DNA of 38,438 bases from a virus (IMGVR_UViG_3300049138_000079:1-38438), one strand, 5' to 3'; positions 1-8,300 are shown, counted from the first letter of the stretch. Notes: a model not told the origin generated them from the sequence alone. A program made the numbers and translations.

Positions 1-63
1 GTGTGGGGGTCGGAGCCACAGATGCCCGGCCCCCGCGCTCCACAACCCAAGGAGCAGCCGGTG

Positions 64-162
64 ATGACACACCTTCGTGGATGGCTCCGGAAGCGAGTCC
101 AGGACTACCGCTGGCACCCCGAGCTCCGCCGGTGGGTACGCGTGTCGGGGCCGAAGCGGTGA
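64..162 (+). CDS. Small basic peptide (MTHLRGWLRKRVQDYRWHPELRRWVRVSGPKR)
   Basis: AAGGAG RBS at 49-54 with GTG61/ATG64 start. Its TGA overlaps the next ATG (TGATG 160-164). Too short for the ORF track. Confidence 0.55.
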   Translation: MTHLRGWLRKRVQDYRWHPELRRWVRVSGPKR

Positions 163-692
163 TGGACGACGGCCCGCAAGGGCTCGCCATCGACGCCGCA
201 CAACGGATCGTCCTCAACCACGTCAACGGCCCGTGCGGCCAGTGCAAAGGGCGCCGCTGCTGGATGCTCGAAACGGCGGTCAAGGTCGTGATGTTCGACG
301 GCGAGGAGATCGACCCGGCGATGCGGGCCGCGCTCACCGATGCGGCACGGAAGATCGCCGACGTACACAAGCCCGCCGACGACGGACTCTGCTCTCCCTG
401 CCTGCTGCCGATACCGGAGTGCGAGCCGTACGAGATAGCCACGGCTTGGCTCCAGGTCATCGGTGAGCCCCTCCAGCCGGCCGGGCCGGGCCCGGATCTG
501 ACCGAAGCCCGACAGGTTGTGCAGCAGCACCAGGGCTACGGCTGTCCGGAGTGCACGCCGCAGGGATGTCCGGCCGAGGACCGGGCGGTGCCGCTGGTGT
601 TCGACGACGTGGTGTCCCGGTGGCCGGATGGTCCGAAGACCCTCGACGACCTGGAGAAGATCGCCCGAGAGATCCGGGGCGACGAGACGTGA
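162..692 (+). CDS. Hypothetical protein with three H-x(4-7)-CxxC-x(4-6)-C repeats (putative zinc-binding)
   Basis: Repeats HVNGPCGQCKGRRC, HKPADDGLCSPCLLPIPEC and HQGYGCPECTPQGC. Start is coupled to the upstream ORF. Confidence 0.7.
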   Translation: MDDGPQGLAIDAAQRIVLNHVNGPCGQCKGRRCWMLETAVKVVMFDGEEIDPAMRAALTDAARKIADVHKPADDGLCSPCLLPIPECEPYEIATAWLQVIGEPLQPAGPGPDLTEARQVVQQHQGYGCPECTPQGCPAEDRAVPLVFDDVVSRWPDGPKTLDDLEKIAREIRGDET

Positions 693-886
693 GCGGGCTG
701 ACGCGGATGACGTTCAACCTCACCGAGAACGGCGCCGCCGCGCTGGATCGGCTGCCCGGCAGGGACAAAGCCGACCGGATCAACCGGGCGCTGCGGGTGG
801 CCGCGATCGTCGAGGGACTGATGACGGCGGAGCGGACGTTGACGATCCTGCGGGACGGGAAGCCGCACGAGGTTCACATCCTGTAG
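689..886 (+). CDS. Small putative ribbon-helix-helix DNA-binding protein
   Basis: GTGA overlap with the previous gene. N-terminal strand RMTFNL followed by two helices (ENGAAALDRL, KADRINRALR). Confidence 0.6.
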   Translation: MSGLTRMTFNLTENGAAALDRLPGRDKADRINRALRVAAIVEGLMTAERTLTILRDGKPHEVHIL

Positions 887-906
887 GAGCGAGGAAAGCG
901 CGTTCC

Positions 907-1149
907 TCAGTCCTTCCGGGCTGCGGTGGTGGTCTTCCCCTCGGCGATCTGCTGGGCCCGTGAGCGGGTGACGCCGAGGGCTGCGGCGACGTCGGCGTGA
1001 CTCATCCCTCCGGCGCGCATCTCCAGTACGGCGTCTTGTCTGGCCTGGCGGAGTTGGTGTTGCAGGTCGGCGATCTCTCCGAGTGCGTCGGTGATGGCCT
1101 TGGCTCGGCCGGTGGGGTCGGGGATGGCGAGTAGGTCGCGGGGGTCCAT
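907..1149 (-). CDS. Helix-turn-helix DNA-binding protein
   Basis: GMSHADVAAALGVTRSRAQQI HTH after an amphipathic helix. ATG lies 6 nt after a TACAGT -10 box (leaderless). Confidence 0.8.
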   Translation of the reverse strand: MDPRDLLAIPDPTGRAKAITDALGEIADLQHQLRQARQDAVLEMRAGGMSHADVAAALGVTRSRAQQIAEGKTTTAARKD

Positions 1150-1155
1150 GAAGTC

Positions 1156-1205
1156 ACTGTACATGGGGCCTTGACGCCTGTACATGGGCCATGTACACTT
1201 GACGT
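1156..1205. promoter_or_regulatory. Divergent promoters with a 19-bp palindromic operator
   Basis: Plus strand: TTGACG(1171-1176)-N17-TACACT(1194-1199), ATG at 1206. Minus strand: TACAGT(1156-1161), ATG at 1149. Palindrome TGTACATGG-G-CCATGTACA at 1179-1197, with an extra half-site at 1158. Confidence 0.75.
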
Positions 1206-1457
1206 ATGAGCGAGGGGGAGGGGCAGACGATGGAGACCACGACCTACACCTGGACCGCCGGAAGCCGGTACTGCTCCGCCGACATCCACCGCACCGAGGA
1301 CGTCTGCCCCGACTGCGAGCACAACGGCACCTGCGCCGACTGCCAGAAGCCGATCCCCGCCGGCCCCCAGTACCGGATGTGCCGGGAGAACGGGGAGTGC
1401 ATCCACACCGGGTGCTCGACCAAGCGGGCCGCCGCCCGGTGGGTCGACTACTGGTGA
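1206..1457 (+). CDS. Small Cys-rich putative zinc-binding protein
   Basis: CPDC, CADC and CIHTGC motifs. Follows the promoter directly; alternative start at ATG ~1230 after a G/A-rich RBS. Confidence 0.7.
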   Translation: MSEGEGQTMETTTYTWTAGSRYCSADIHRTEDVCPDCEHNGTCADCQKPIPAGPQYRMCRENGECIHTGCSTKRAAARWVDYW

Positions 1458-1465
1458 CCCTCCCG

Positions 1466-1485
1466 GGGGCCGGGCAACCGGCCCC
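1466..1485 (+). other. GNRA-tetraloop hairpin between accessory genes
   Basis: GGGGCCGG-GCAA-CCGGCCCC, no U-tract. Confidence 0.5.
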
Positions 1486-1552
1486 ACCCAACCCCCCTCC
1501 CACTCAAGATCCAGGAACACGCTTTCCTGCCCCGACCGGACGGAGATCCCAG

Positions 1553-1822
1553 ATGGCCACCAAAATTCGCAAGCCGATCGCAGCGCAAGCCAAGGCAGTC
1601 GAGCAGACCGAGGCACCCGCCGGTGTCGAATGGCCGGCGGGCAAGACCTTCGGCGAACTGGACTCGGCCACCCGCCGCGCGGTAACCCGTCAGGCAGCCG
1701 CCCGCCTCACCGCCGAGCTGTCCCACCCAGCGGTGGCTGCGGCCATCACGGCGGCGCTTGAGGCTGACCCGGCCGATGCTGGCGACCCGGGCCACTGCGC
1801 GCCGGGCAGTGGCCCGGCCTGA
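1553..1822 (+). CDS. Hypothetical Ala-rich protein
   Basis: GGAGA RBS, begins MATKIRKP, ends just before a hairpin. Confidence 0.6.
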   Translation: MATKIRKPIAAQAKAVEQTEAPAGVEWPAGKTFGELDSATRRAVTRQAAARLTAELSHPAVAAAITAALEADPADAGDPGHCAPGSGPA

Positions 1823-1838
1823 CCCCGGGCAGCAAGAT

Positions 1839-1871
1839 GCGGCCCCGGTCTCCGAAGAGAACCGGGGCCGC
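1839..1871. terminator. Intrinsic terminator-like hairpin
   Basis: GCGGCCCCGGT...ACCGGGGCCGC 11-bp stem with short T-containing flanks on both strands. Confidence 0.7.
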
Positions 1872-1879
1872 TTCGTGTG

Positions 1880-1915
1880 TAGACAGATATACAGAGTCTC
1901 TGTATACTGGTATAC
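1880..1915 (+). promoter_or_regulatory. Sigma70-type promoter with a 19-bp palindromic operator
   Basis: TAGACA(1880-1885)-N17-TATACT(1903-1908), ATG at 1916 (leaderless). Palindrome TATACAGAG-T-CTCTGTATA at 1888-1906. AT-rich island in GC-rich DNA. Confidence 0.8.
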
Positions 1916-2254
1916 ATGAGCGAGCGGCAGATCACCCGGGACATCGCCCGATACACCGACCAGGACGCGCCGGCCCACCGGTGGACCCTGACGGTCGACG
2001 GCGAGACCGTCTCGGAGCTGTGGGTCGCCATGGAGACCGGCGAGATCATGCAGGTCGAGACCCCCGCCGAGCACCAGGGCAACGGGTACGCCAGCGCCCT
2101 CTACCGCCAGGCTGTCAGCGAGATGGCCATCTACCACGCCCCCGAAGCGCACCGCACCCCCGAGGGCGACCGGTTCGCCAAGTCCGTCGGCGGGGACTCG
2201 GTGCCCTGCCTGCACGGCTGCTGCGACGACACCCCCGACTTCGATGAGGAGTGA
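1916..2254 (+). CDS. Small GNAT-family acetyltransferase
   Basis: Acetyl-CoA motif A VETPAEHQGNGYASALY (QxxGxA) preceded by beta strands; TPEG motif later. Confidence 0.75.
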   Translation: MSERQITRDIARYTDQDAPAHRWTLTVDGETVSELWVAMETGEIMQVETPAEHQGNGYASALYRQAVSEMAIYHAPEAHRTPEGDRFAKSVGGDSVPCLHGCCDDTPDFDEE

Positions 2255-2619
2255 CCGTGACCGACGACTTGATGGCCTGGCTCGGCCCGGCCGCCGACGA
2301 ACTGACCCCGGAGCAGGTCGAGCGGGTCCGCGACGAGGCGCGTGCCATCGCTGAGCGGTACCCGGACCCCGACGAGCAGCCGGAGCGGGACGCGGCCCTG
2401 TCCGCCGTCGTGCAGTACCTCCTCGGCGAGACCACGCCGGAGGATGCGGCGCGGGAACTGGTCGACGCCCGGCTGCGGGAGCAGCGGGCGATGGCGGCAG
2501 CGACGTGGGTCGCCGTGATGCTCGTCCGCGACAACCCCGTCCGCTACAAGGCGGTCGCGGCCGAACGGGTCGGCATCAACCGGATGACGCTGCTGCGGGC
2601 GCTCGGCGAGCGGGACTGA
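2251..2619 (+). CDS. Protein with C-terminal helix-turn-helix
   Basis: GTGA overlap with the GNAT gene. KAVAAERVGINRMTLLRALG HTH. Confidence 0.75.
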   Translation: MTVTDDLMAWLGPAADELTPEQVERVRDEARAIAERYPDPDEQPERDAALSAVVQYLLGETTPEDAARELVDARLREQRAMAAATWVAVMLVRDNPVRYKAVAAERVGINRMTLLRALGERD

Positions 2620-2634
2620 CACGGACAGCAAGAA

Positions 2635-2675
2635 GCGGCCCGGGACATCCCCGGGGAGGGGACGGACCGGGCCGC
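2635..2675. terminator. Terminator-like hairpin between the plus-strand cassette and the end of the late operon
   Basis: GCGGCCCGG...CCGGGCCGC stem with inner TCCCC/GGGGA; followed by TTCTTG on the minus strand. Confidence 0.65.
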
Positions 2676-2782
2676 CGTGGGTACTACTCGGCAATGGATT
2701 GGTTGGTGATCTCGGCGCGGCATCGGCGGGATGATGCCGAGCCCCGCCGGTGCCGTGCCTGCGCGGCCCTCTGGCCGTGCGT

Positions 2783-3019
2783 CTACCGGCTCGCCGGCTC
2801 CAGCTCGACAGCCGACGGCGAGTCCGGCGCACCGACCCCTGCGGTGACGACCGACGTCAGCACCGACAGCACCGCAGCACCGGCCGCGACTCCACCCGCC
2901 AACCCGACGTCGACGGTGAGGACGTTGAACCCATCCAGGGTCCACAGACCGAGCAGGGCTTGAGCGGCGCTCTTGACGGCCCGTTCGGCGGTCTGCTTCC
3001 AGAAGGTACCGGTGAACAT
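2783..3019 (-). CDS. Holin (r1t-like family)
   Basis: FWKQTAERAVKSAAQA...AAVLSVLTSVVT...SPS pattern, two TM segments, GAGGAGG RBS. Confidence 0.85.
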   Translation of the reverse strand: MFTGTFWKQTAERAVKSAAQALLGLWTLDGFNVLTVDVGLAGGVAAGAAVLSVLTSVVTAGVGAPDSPSAVELEPASR

Positions 3020-3097
3020 GAGCCCCTCCTCAGGGGTTCTTGGGGACCGACCCCGGGGCCCCGGGGTCGGCGTCAGTGGGCCGGTAGGGTGGCCGGC

Positions 3098-3304
3098 GTG
3101 GTGCGCGGCTACTGGACAGACAGCAGCGGCAAACCGGCGTGGGTCGAAGAGCTGCCCGACGCGTGCTGCGGCCGGTGGATGCCGAGCTGGGGCACCTGCC
3201 CGCGCGGCTGTCGGACGATGGGCCGGACGTGGACGTGCTCAGGCTGCGGCCGGGTTAGCTTCGATCCCGAGCATCACTGCGGTCGTGCTGCGCCCGGTGC
3301 ATGA
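3098..3304 (+). CDS. Small Cys/Trp-rich protein, antisense within the lysis cassette
   Basis: TAGGGT -10 (3085-3090) 7 nt before GTG. CC, CxxxC, CxxC and HHC motifs. Fills the gap between two minus-strand genes. Confidence 0.5.
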   Translation: MVRGYWTDSSGKPAWVEELPDACCGRWMPSWGTCPRGCRTMGRTWTCSGCGRVSFDPEHHCGRAAPGA

Positions 3305-3563
3305 GAACGATCCGCCACCAGATCTGACCCACCAGCAGCGCGAACGCGACCAGAGTGACGATGTCCCGGCCCGGATAGTCCGGCCAAATCCTCGCGGCGA
3401 CGATCAACGAGAACAGGACACCGAGGTTGGCGGTGAACTGCATGATGTGCCGGCCCTCCGGGGTGAGCCGGAAGTCTCCCCGGGTCAGAGACCAGTACGC
3501 GACGACGAAGTACCAGCAGCCGACGCCGCCGATCGCGGCGAGCACGGTACCGATGTGTCTCAT
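3255..3563 (-). CDS. Three-TM membrane protein, holin-like
   Basis: Three hydrophobic segments and a basic/charged C-terminus; lies in the lysis cassette. Confidence 0.75.
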   Translation of the reverse strand: MRHIGTVLAAIGGVGCWYFVVAYWSLTRGDFRLTPEGRHIMQFTANLGVLFSLIVAARIWPDYPGRDIVTLVAFALLVGQIWWRIVLMHRAQHDRSDARDRS

Positions 3564-3760
3564 TTCTGACCCCTCAACGCTTGCGTGATCATGGGGCCGA
3601 AGTGGTTCCGGGACCGCAGCTCCTGCAACTGGCGGGCCACCTTGTCAACGGCGGGGTCGTCGGCTTTCGCGGCGGCGAGATCCTCACGTGCCGCTTCCAA
3701 CCGTCGACGGGCGTCGTCAGTATCCGGGGATGGCCGTGTGCGTCTACGCCACCAGGTCAT
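3560..3760 (-). CDS. Small lysis-cassette protein (NHF motif)
   Basis: Coupled to its neighbours. RSRNHFGPMI motif resembles small actinophage lysis-region proteins. Confidence 0.7.
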   Translation of the reverse strand: MTWWRRRTRPSPDTDDARRRLEAAREDLAAAKADDPAVDKVARQLQELRSRNHFGPMITQALRGQK

Positions 3761-4034
3761 CCCGGCCCGCCTCCTTCGACAGCGCCCGGAGTAGCTGGAC
3801 GGTAAGATCTGAGTTCGTCAGCAACTTCTGTAACTGCTCATCTCGCACCGCGGCTTGCTCGTCGCGTACCTGAACGGTCTGTTGCAGGTACACAATCTGC
3901 TGATCCTTGTCCCCGATCCGTTCCTCATGCATCTTCCGAGGCACAAGCCGGCCGACGAGGACCAGGAGGACGACGAACGCGATCAGTCCGACCGGTCCGC
4001 CGGTGCCGATGAGCGCCGGGGGGATCTCCGGCAT
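3744..4034 (-). CDS. Single-TM coiled-coil lysis-cassette protein
   Basis: GLIAFVVLLVLVGRLVP TM segment followed by a heptad helix; TGATG coupling to the endolysin. Confidence 0.75.
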   Translation of the reverse strand: MPEIPPALIGTGGPVGLIAFVVLLVLVGRLVPRKMHEERIGDKDQQIVYLQQTVQVRDEQAAVRDEQLQKLLTNSDLTVQLLRALSKEAGRDDLVA

Positions 4035-4903
4035 CAGCCGCCCGCCGGGGTGGCGCCGTCGACCTCGCCGAGCACCTGCCGGACCGCCTCCACCGCCGCG
4101 GCCTTCAGGTGCGGCTTGAGCGCGGTCGCGAGGGCGGTCACGTCGACCTGGCCCGACTCGACCGGTGCGCTGGCCGACCGCTTCAGCAACTCGTCGGCCT
4201 TGTTGACGATGCTGTTCGCCTTGCCTCGGCCGTTGCCCGGGTCCACCTCGAACCCGCAGGACGGCCCACCGGTAAACATGGCGGCGTAGATCGCGTTCAG
4301 CTTCTTGCGGTCGTCGTCGGTCATGTCGTCGTCCTCTCCGGCCAGCACCGCGGCGACGTCGCGCCGGAACTGGTCCATGTTGAAAGTCGGGTCGCTCTTC
4401 GTGGACGTCGCACCCGACGGCCGAGTCGCGTACGGCTGGTGCTCCTTGTGACCGGCGACCCGCGAGACCGGGACACCGAGCTTCTCGACCAGCGCGGCCA
4501 CGCCCCGGACGTACGACCGGTACTGCCGGTCCGGCCACGGTTCGGCGCTGGTGTTGGAGTGCTGCGCCTCGATACCCAGCAGCCGCGAGTTCCCGTAGCC
4601 CTTGTTCGGCCCGTCCCAGCCCGTCAGGTTGTGGTTGCAGCGGCCGGACGCGACCACCCACCACTCCCCGGACCGGGACAGGTAAAGCTGGGAGATTGGC
4701 GGCGGGGCAGTCGCGGACCCGTTGACGATCACCCGCAGCTCGCCTGCGTCCGTTGAGGTGCGGGAGCCGGCGGTGGCGTGGCAGGTGATGCCGCGGATTG
4801 GACCCCAATCGTCGGAGCCGCGCGTACGCCACCCGGCGTACTCGTGCACGGTGAGGCCGGCGGCGCGAAGCACCTCGGGCAGCCAGAGCAGACGCATGGT
4901 CAC
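4034..4903 (-). CDS. Endolysin, N-acetylmuramoyl-L-alanine amidase (Amidase_2-like)
   Basis: CHATAG, CNHN, GIE, GHKEH and KSDP Zn-amidase motifs; first gene of the lysis cassette. Confidence 0.9.
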   Translation of the reverse strand: MTMRLLWLPEVLRAAGLTVHEYAGWRTRGSDDWGPIRGITCHATAGSRTSTDAGELRVIVNGSATAPPPISQLYLSRSGEWWVVASGRCNHNLTGWDGPNKGYGNSRLLGIEAQHSNTSAEPWPDRQYRSYVRGVAALVEKLGVPVSRVAGHKEHQPYATRPSGATSTKSDPTFNMDQFRRDVAAVLAGEDDDMTDDDRKKLNAIYAAMFTGGPSCGFEVDPGNGRGKANSIVNKADELLKRSASAPVESGQVDVTALATALKPHLKAAAVEAVRQVLGEVDGATPAGG

Positions 4904-5343
4904 ACCACCTCGTAGATCGTCAGGTGGATCGTCGTGTTGATGTTGAGGATGCGGGCCACGCCGGACGCGGTTGACTTGTTGCCCAGCAGCTTGATCGTGT
5001 GCGAGCCCGCCGATGCGAGCGTGCCCCGCCAGATCTGGTTAGCCGGCCCGCGATCCGGTGCGTTCATCTCGTACACCGCGGATGCCCCCAGCGATGCCCC
5101 GTCGACCGCGCACCGGCCGAGCACGTTGGTGCCGGCCGCGGCGGCGTCCACGATGACGTCGAAGATCCCCTCAACGACGTAGATCGCGTTCGCGCCCGCG
5201 GTCGTGAACGTGATGCTGGCTCCTACAACATCGGCCTCAGCCGTGCCGACGGTGAGCGCGCTCGTACAGGCCGCGTCATAGGTGGTCGGCTGCAACAGCC
5301 CGAGCCGGCCAGCCGACACGATCTCACCCGCCAGGATTGCCAT
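4900..5343 (-). CDS. Minor tail protein
   Basis: Beta-rich, LASAGSHTIKL; lies after the tail-tip gene. Confidence 0.7.
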   Translation of the reverse strand: MAILAGEIVSAGRLGLLQPTTYDAACTSALTVGTAEADVVGASITFTTAGANAIYVVEGIFDVIVDAAAAGTNVLGRCAVDGASLGASAVYEMNAPDRGPANQIWRGTLASAGSHTIKLLGNKSTASGVARILNINTTIHLTIYEVV

Positions 5344-5350
5344 ACCTACC

Positions 5351-8300
5351 TCACAGGGCCAGTCGCCACGGGGTGGCGAGGGACAGAGGTGTGCCGGTCG
5401 GGATCGTCTTCGTCACCTGGTTGACCGGGGTCGCGGCGAAGGTGAACGCCTGGAGGCCCGGCGCCTCGAACGGGTCGACGTCGATGCTGACTGTTCCGTT
5501 GGTGTTGCCGGTCTCGCGCCTCACGCCGACGCCCGCACGGGTCCCGGTGGTCAAAGCGGTGTCGGTGGCGGTGATGTGCCATCCCCGCTCGGCCGGCTGT
5601 GTCGACTTCCAGCCCCGGGCCCGGATGGTCGAGCCGATCGCCGAACACTGGAGCACCCACCGGTCGCCGGCCACATGTGGACCGTTCAGCGTGACGGTGG
5701 AGCCGAGCTGGGTTCCGGTGCCGGCGACCCGCTTGAACAGCCGCAGCTCAGGGACCGCACCGGAGGTGATCAACAGGGTCGCGTAGTAGTAGTTCGACGT
5801 GTCGGTGAACCGCGTAGAGACCCACAGCGAGATCCCGGAACCGATGGGGGCAACCGGCAGGAGGAACTCTGCCCGGGGGTCGGCTTCGACGCTGTTCACG
5901 TTGATGGTCGCCAGTTCGAGCTGGTTCACCGTCGCGGTCGCGATCCGCCCGACTGCTCCGGTGACCGACCAGTTCCCGGCGGCCCCCGAGTTGACCGACC
6001 ACGGCTGACCGGTGGTCGCGGTACCCCATCCGCCGGCGCCGACCGACCGAGTGAACGTGTCCCGCGCCGCCGTCTCGATCCCGGTCACCGAAAGCACCAC
6101 GCCAGCCGACCGGACATCGAGCGGGAACATGCTCGGCTGGCTGGCGGTGGTAATCCACGGCGGGCCGGCGGTTACCACGACCAGCGCCGACGTGTCCGTA
6201 CCGGCGTCTACGTCGTCTGCCCACTGCGATCCGCCGGTGTCCGCCCGGCCGAGCACCGGATCCTCGACGACACCGACCGTCCACGGCCTTGCCGGGGTGC
6301 CGACGATCGAGCCGCCCCAGGAGCCGAGCCGGGTCAGGGTTTGCGAGATACCTCCGGCGTGCTGGTCAACGTCCTCCGACGGATGCGGTGCGGGGACGTT
6401 GACCTGCTGCACCCGATCGCCGGGCGTCACGTTCAGCCACGAGTCAATCAGGTCTGGTTGTCCGGCGAGGTCGACGGAGATGCCGGGGTACCGCATCTCC
6501 TCCCATGTGCCGAGGTGGACCCGCCAGCCGGCGTGACTGGGAAGCGCGGAGTCGGCGGCGACCCCGATCGTGACGGAGTCGTCGTAGACGCCGTGCCGCG
6601 CCGCATGCTCACTGTCGACAACCCGGGCGCTTGACCCATCAGTGCGGCTGACCGTCACATCGTTGCGGGTGCCCTGATCGTCATACGTGGGCGCGAGGAT
6701 CTGCTCGGGTCGCATCTCCTGTGAGTGCATGTACGTTTCGAGGTCGACGGTCAGCGCCGGCACCTGGTTGTAGCGGGTGGAGCGTGGCCGGTAGCCGAGC
6801 CCCCATCCGCGCTCGTACAGGATCCCCATGTCCGAGTGTTCGGCATCCCTCAGGATGTCGAGGTCGCCGCCGGCGGGTTGCGGGCCGAGGGGTTCGGAGT
6901 CGCCGGCGGCGACGGTGATGCGGATGCCGCGCTCGTCACATACCCGCTGGATCCGGTCACTGGCCGGCTCGTAGGGAAAGCCCATACCAGCGTCGTGCTG
7001 GAAAATCAACGGCACGCTGTTGTGGAACGACAGGTGACTGAGGTAGATGTCAGCCATGTCGTCGCTGACGCTTCCCGTATCACCCGCGAACGCGCCGATA
7101 GCATCGATTCTCAGCGGGGCGCCGATCGTCTGCCCCGCCCACGTTGCGCCGGCGACCGTCACATCGTTGACATCCAGCCACACGTTGGTGTCCGCGCCGG
7201 ACTGTTGCGCGGTGAATACGACGTGGAGCCATTCTCCGGTGATGCCCAGATTGCTGCGAGGCACCGGATCGTTCAGGGAGACCAGATCCGTTTCGTTTTC
7301 TTGGTCCTCGGACAGGTACAGGCCAACGCCGACTGCGGCGTCTGCCCCGTACTGGTGGATCAGTCGCAGTATCTTGCCGGTGGTGGTGCGGATTTCCCAC
7401 GCCACATAGTGGGCGCCGGCGGCGCCCGACACGATGACGCCCTTGGTCCAGACAGCCACCTGCCAGCCGGCCGGGTCAACGCCTGCCACAACCCCTCGGA
7501 GTGCGTTCTTGGCATCGGGCTGCGGGTGGGCGGACCCGGACGCCCCGGGTGGGGCGTCGTCGACAAAATCCATGATGCCGACGGACACGCTGAGCGGCTG
7601 TCCGTCCGGCAGCCCGCTCGCCGCTTGAGTCGAGTCGACGCCGTCTTCGAGCGGCCACCACGCGACCGGATTCGTGGACGGCAGGTACCGGGTCAGCGCG
7701 GACCGGATGACACCGTTGCCCTGGCCGAGTCGGCGCAGGATCCCGGACGCGGTCAGCCGGACAATGGACGTCATCCCGTCGGTGGAGGGGATGAACTGGG
7801 GTTGCCACTGGTCGGCGAACCCGTTGAACACGTCGGCCCGCACCGTGTAGTTGTCGTGGGAGACGGTGACCGGGAGGACGTTGGTGTTGCCGGGGATCAG
7901 CCACGTCTGCATTCCGACGCCGCCGGCCGACGTGAGCGGGTCCGGGTCGGTGACGTCAAGCTGCCAGCCGGCCGGCTCCGATCCGGCCGCCGTCCACACC
8001 TTCATGGAGAGCCGGTTGCCGACGACGGAGATGCGGGTGCGCAGCGGCGTGGACGCGGCGTAGGAGAGTCCCGGGACGGCGCCGACGGATCCGAGGTCAG
8101 TGTGCGTCCCACCACGCACGCGGGTGATCTTGAGCATGACGGTGGTGCCACCCGAGTTGAACTCGGTCCGCAGCCAGTAGTAGTCCGTCACGGCCGGGTC
8201 GTGCCGGGCCATCACACCCGTCACCAACGCCGCGCCGGTAATCAGGGCTGAGGTGGAGGTGTCGACGACGTGATGGGTATCGAGCAGCGACACACCAGCC

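Noticed and set aside
3-161. N-terminal extension of the 229-aa ORF
   Set aside because: A separate RBS-led small ORF (64-162) occupies this stretch and couples to ATG 162.
1156-1916. Palindromic repeats as CRISPR repeats or att sites
   Set aside because: Only two non-identical palindromes about 700 bp apart, each embedded in a promoter; no spacer array and no integrase seen.
3071-3090. PafBC/RecA-NDp-like damage-inducible promoter (CGTCAG...TAGGGT)
   Set aside because: The upstream hexamer is imperfect and its spacing to the -10 is 8 nt, shorter than the consensus as I recall it.
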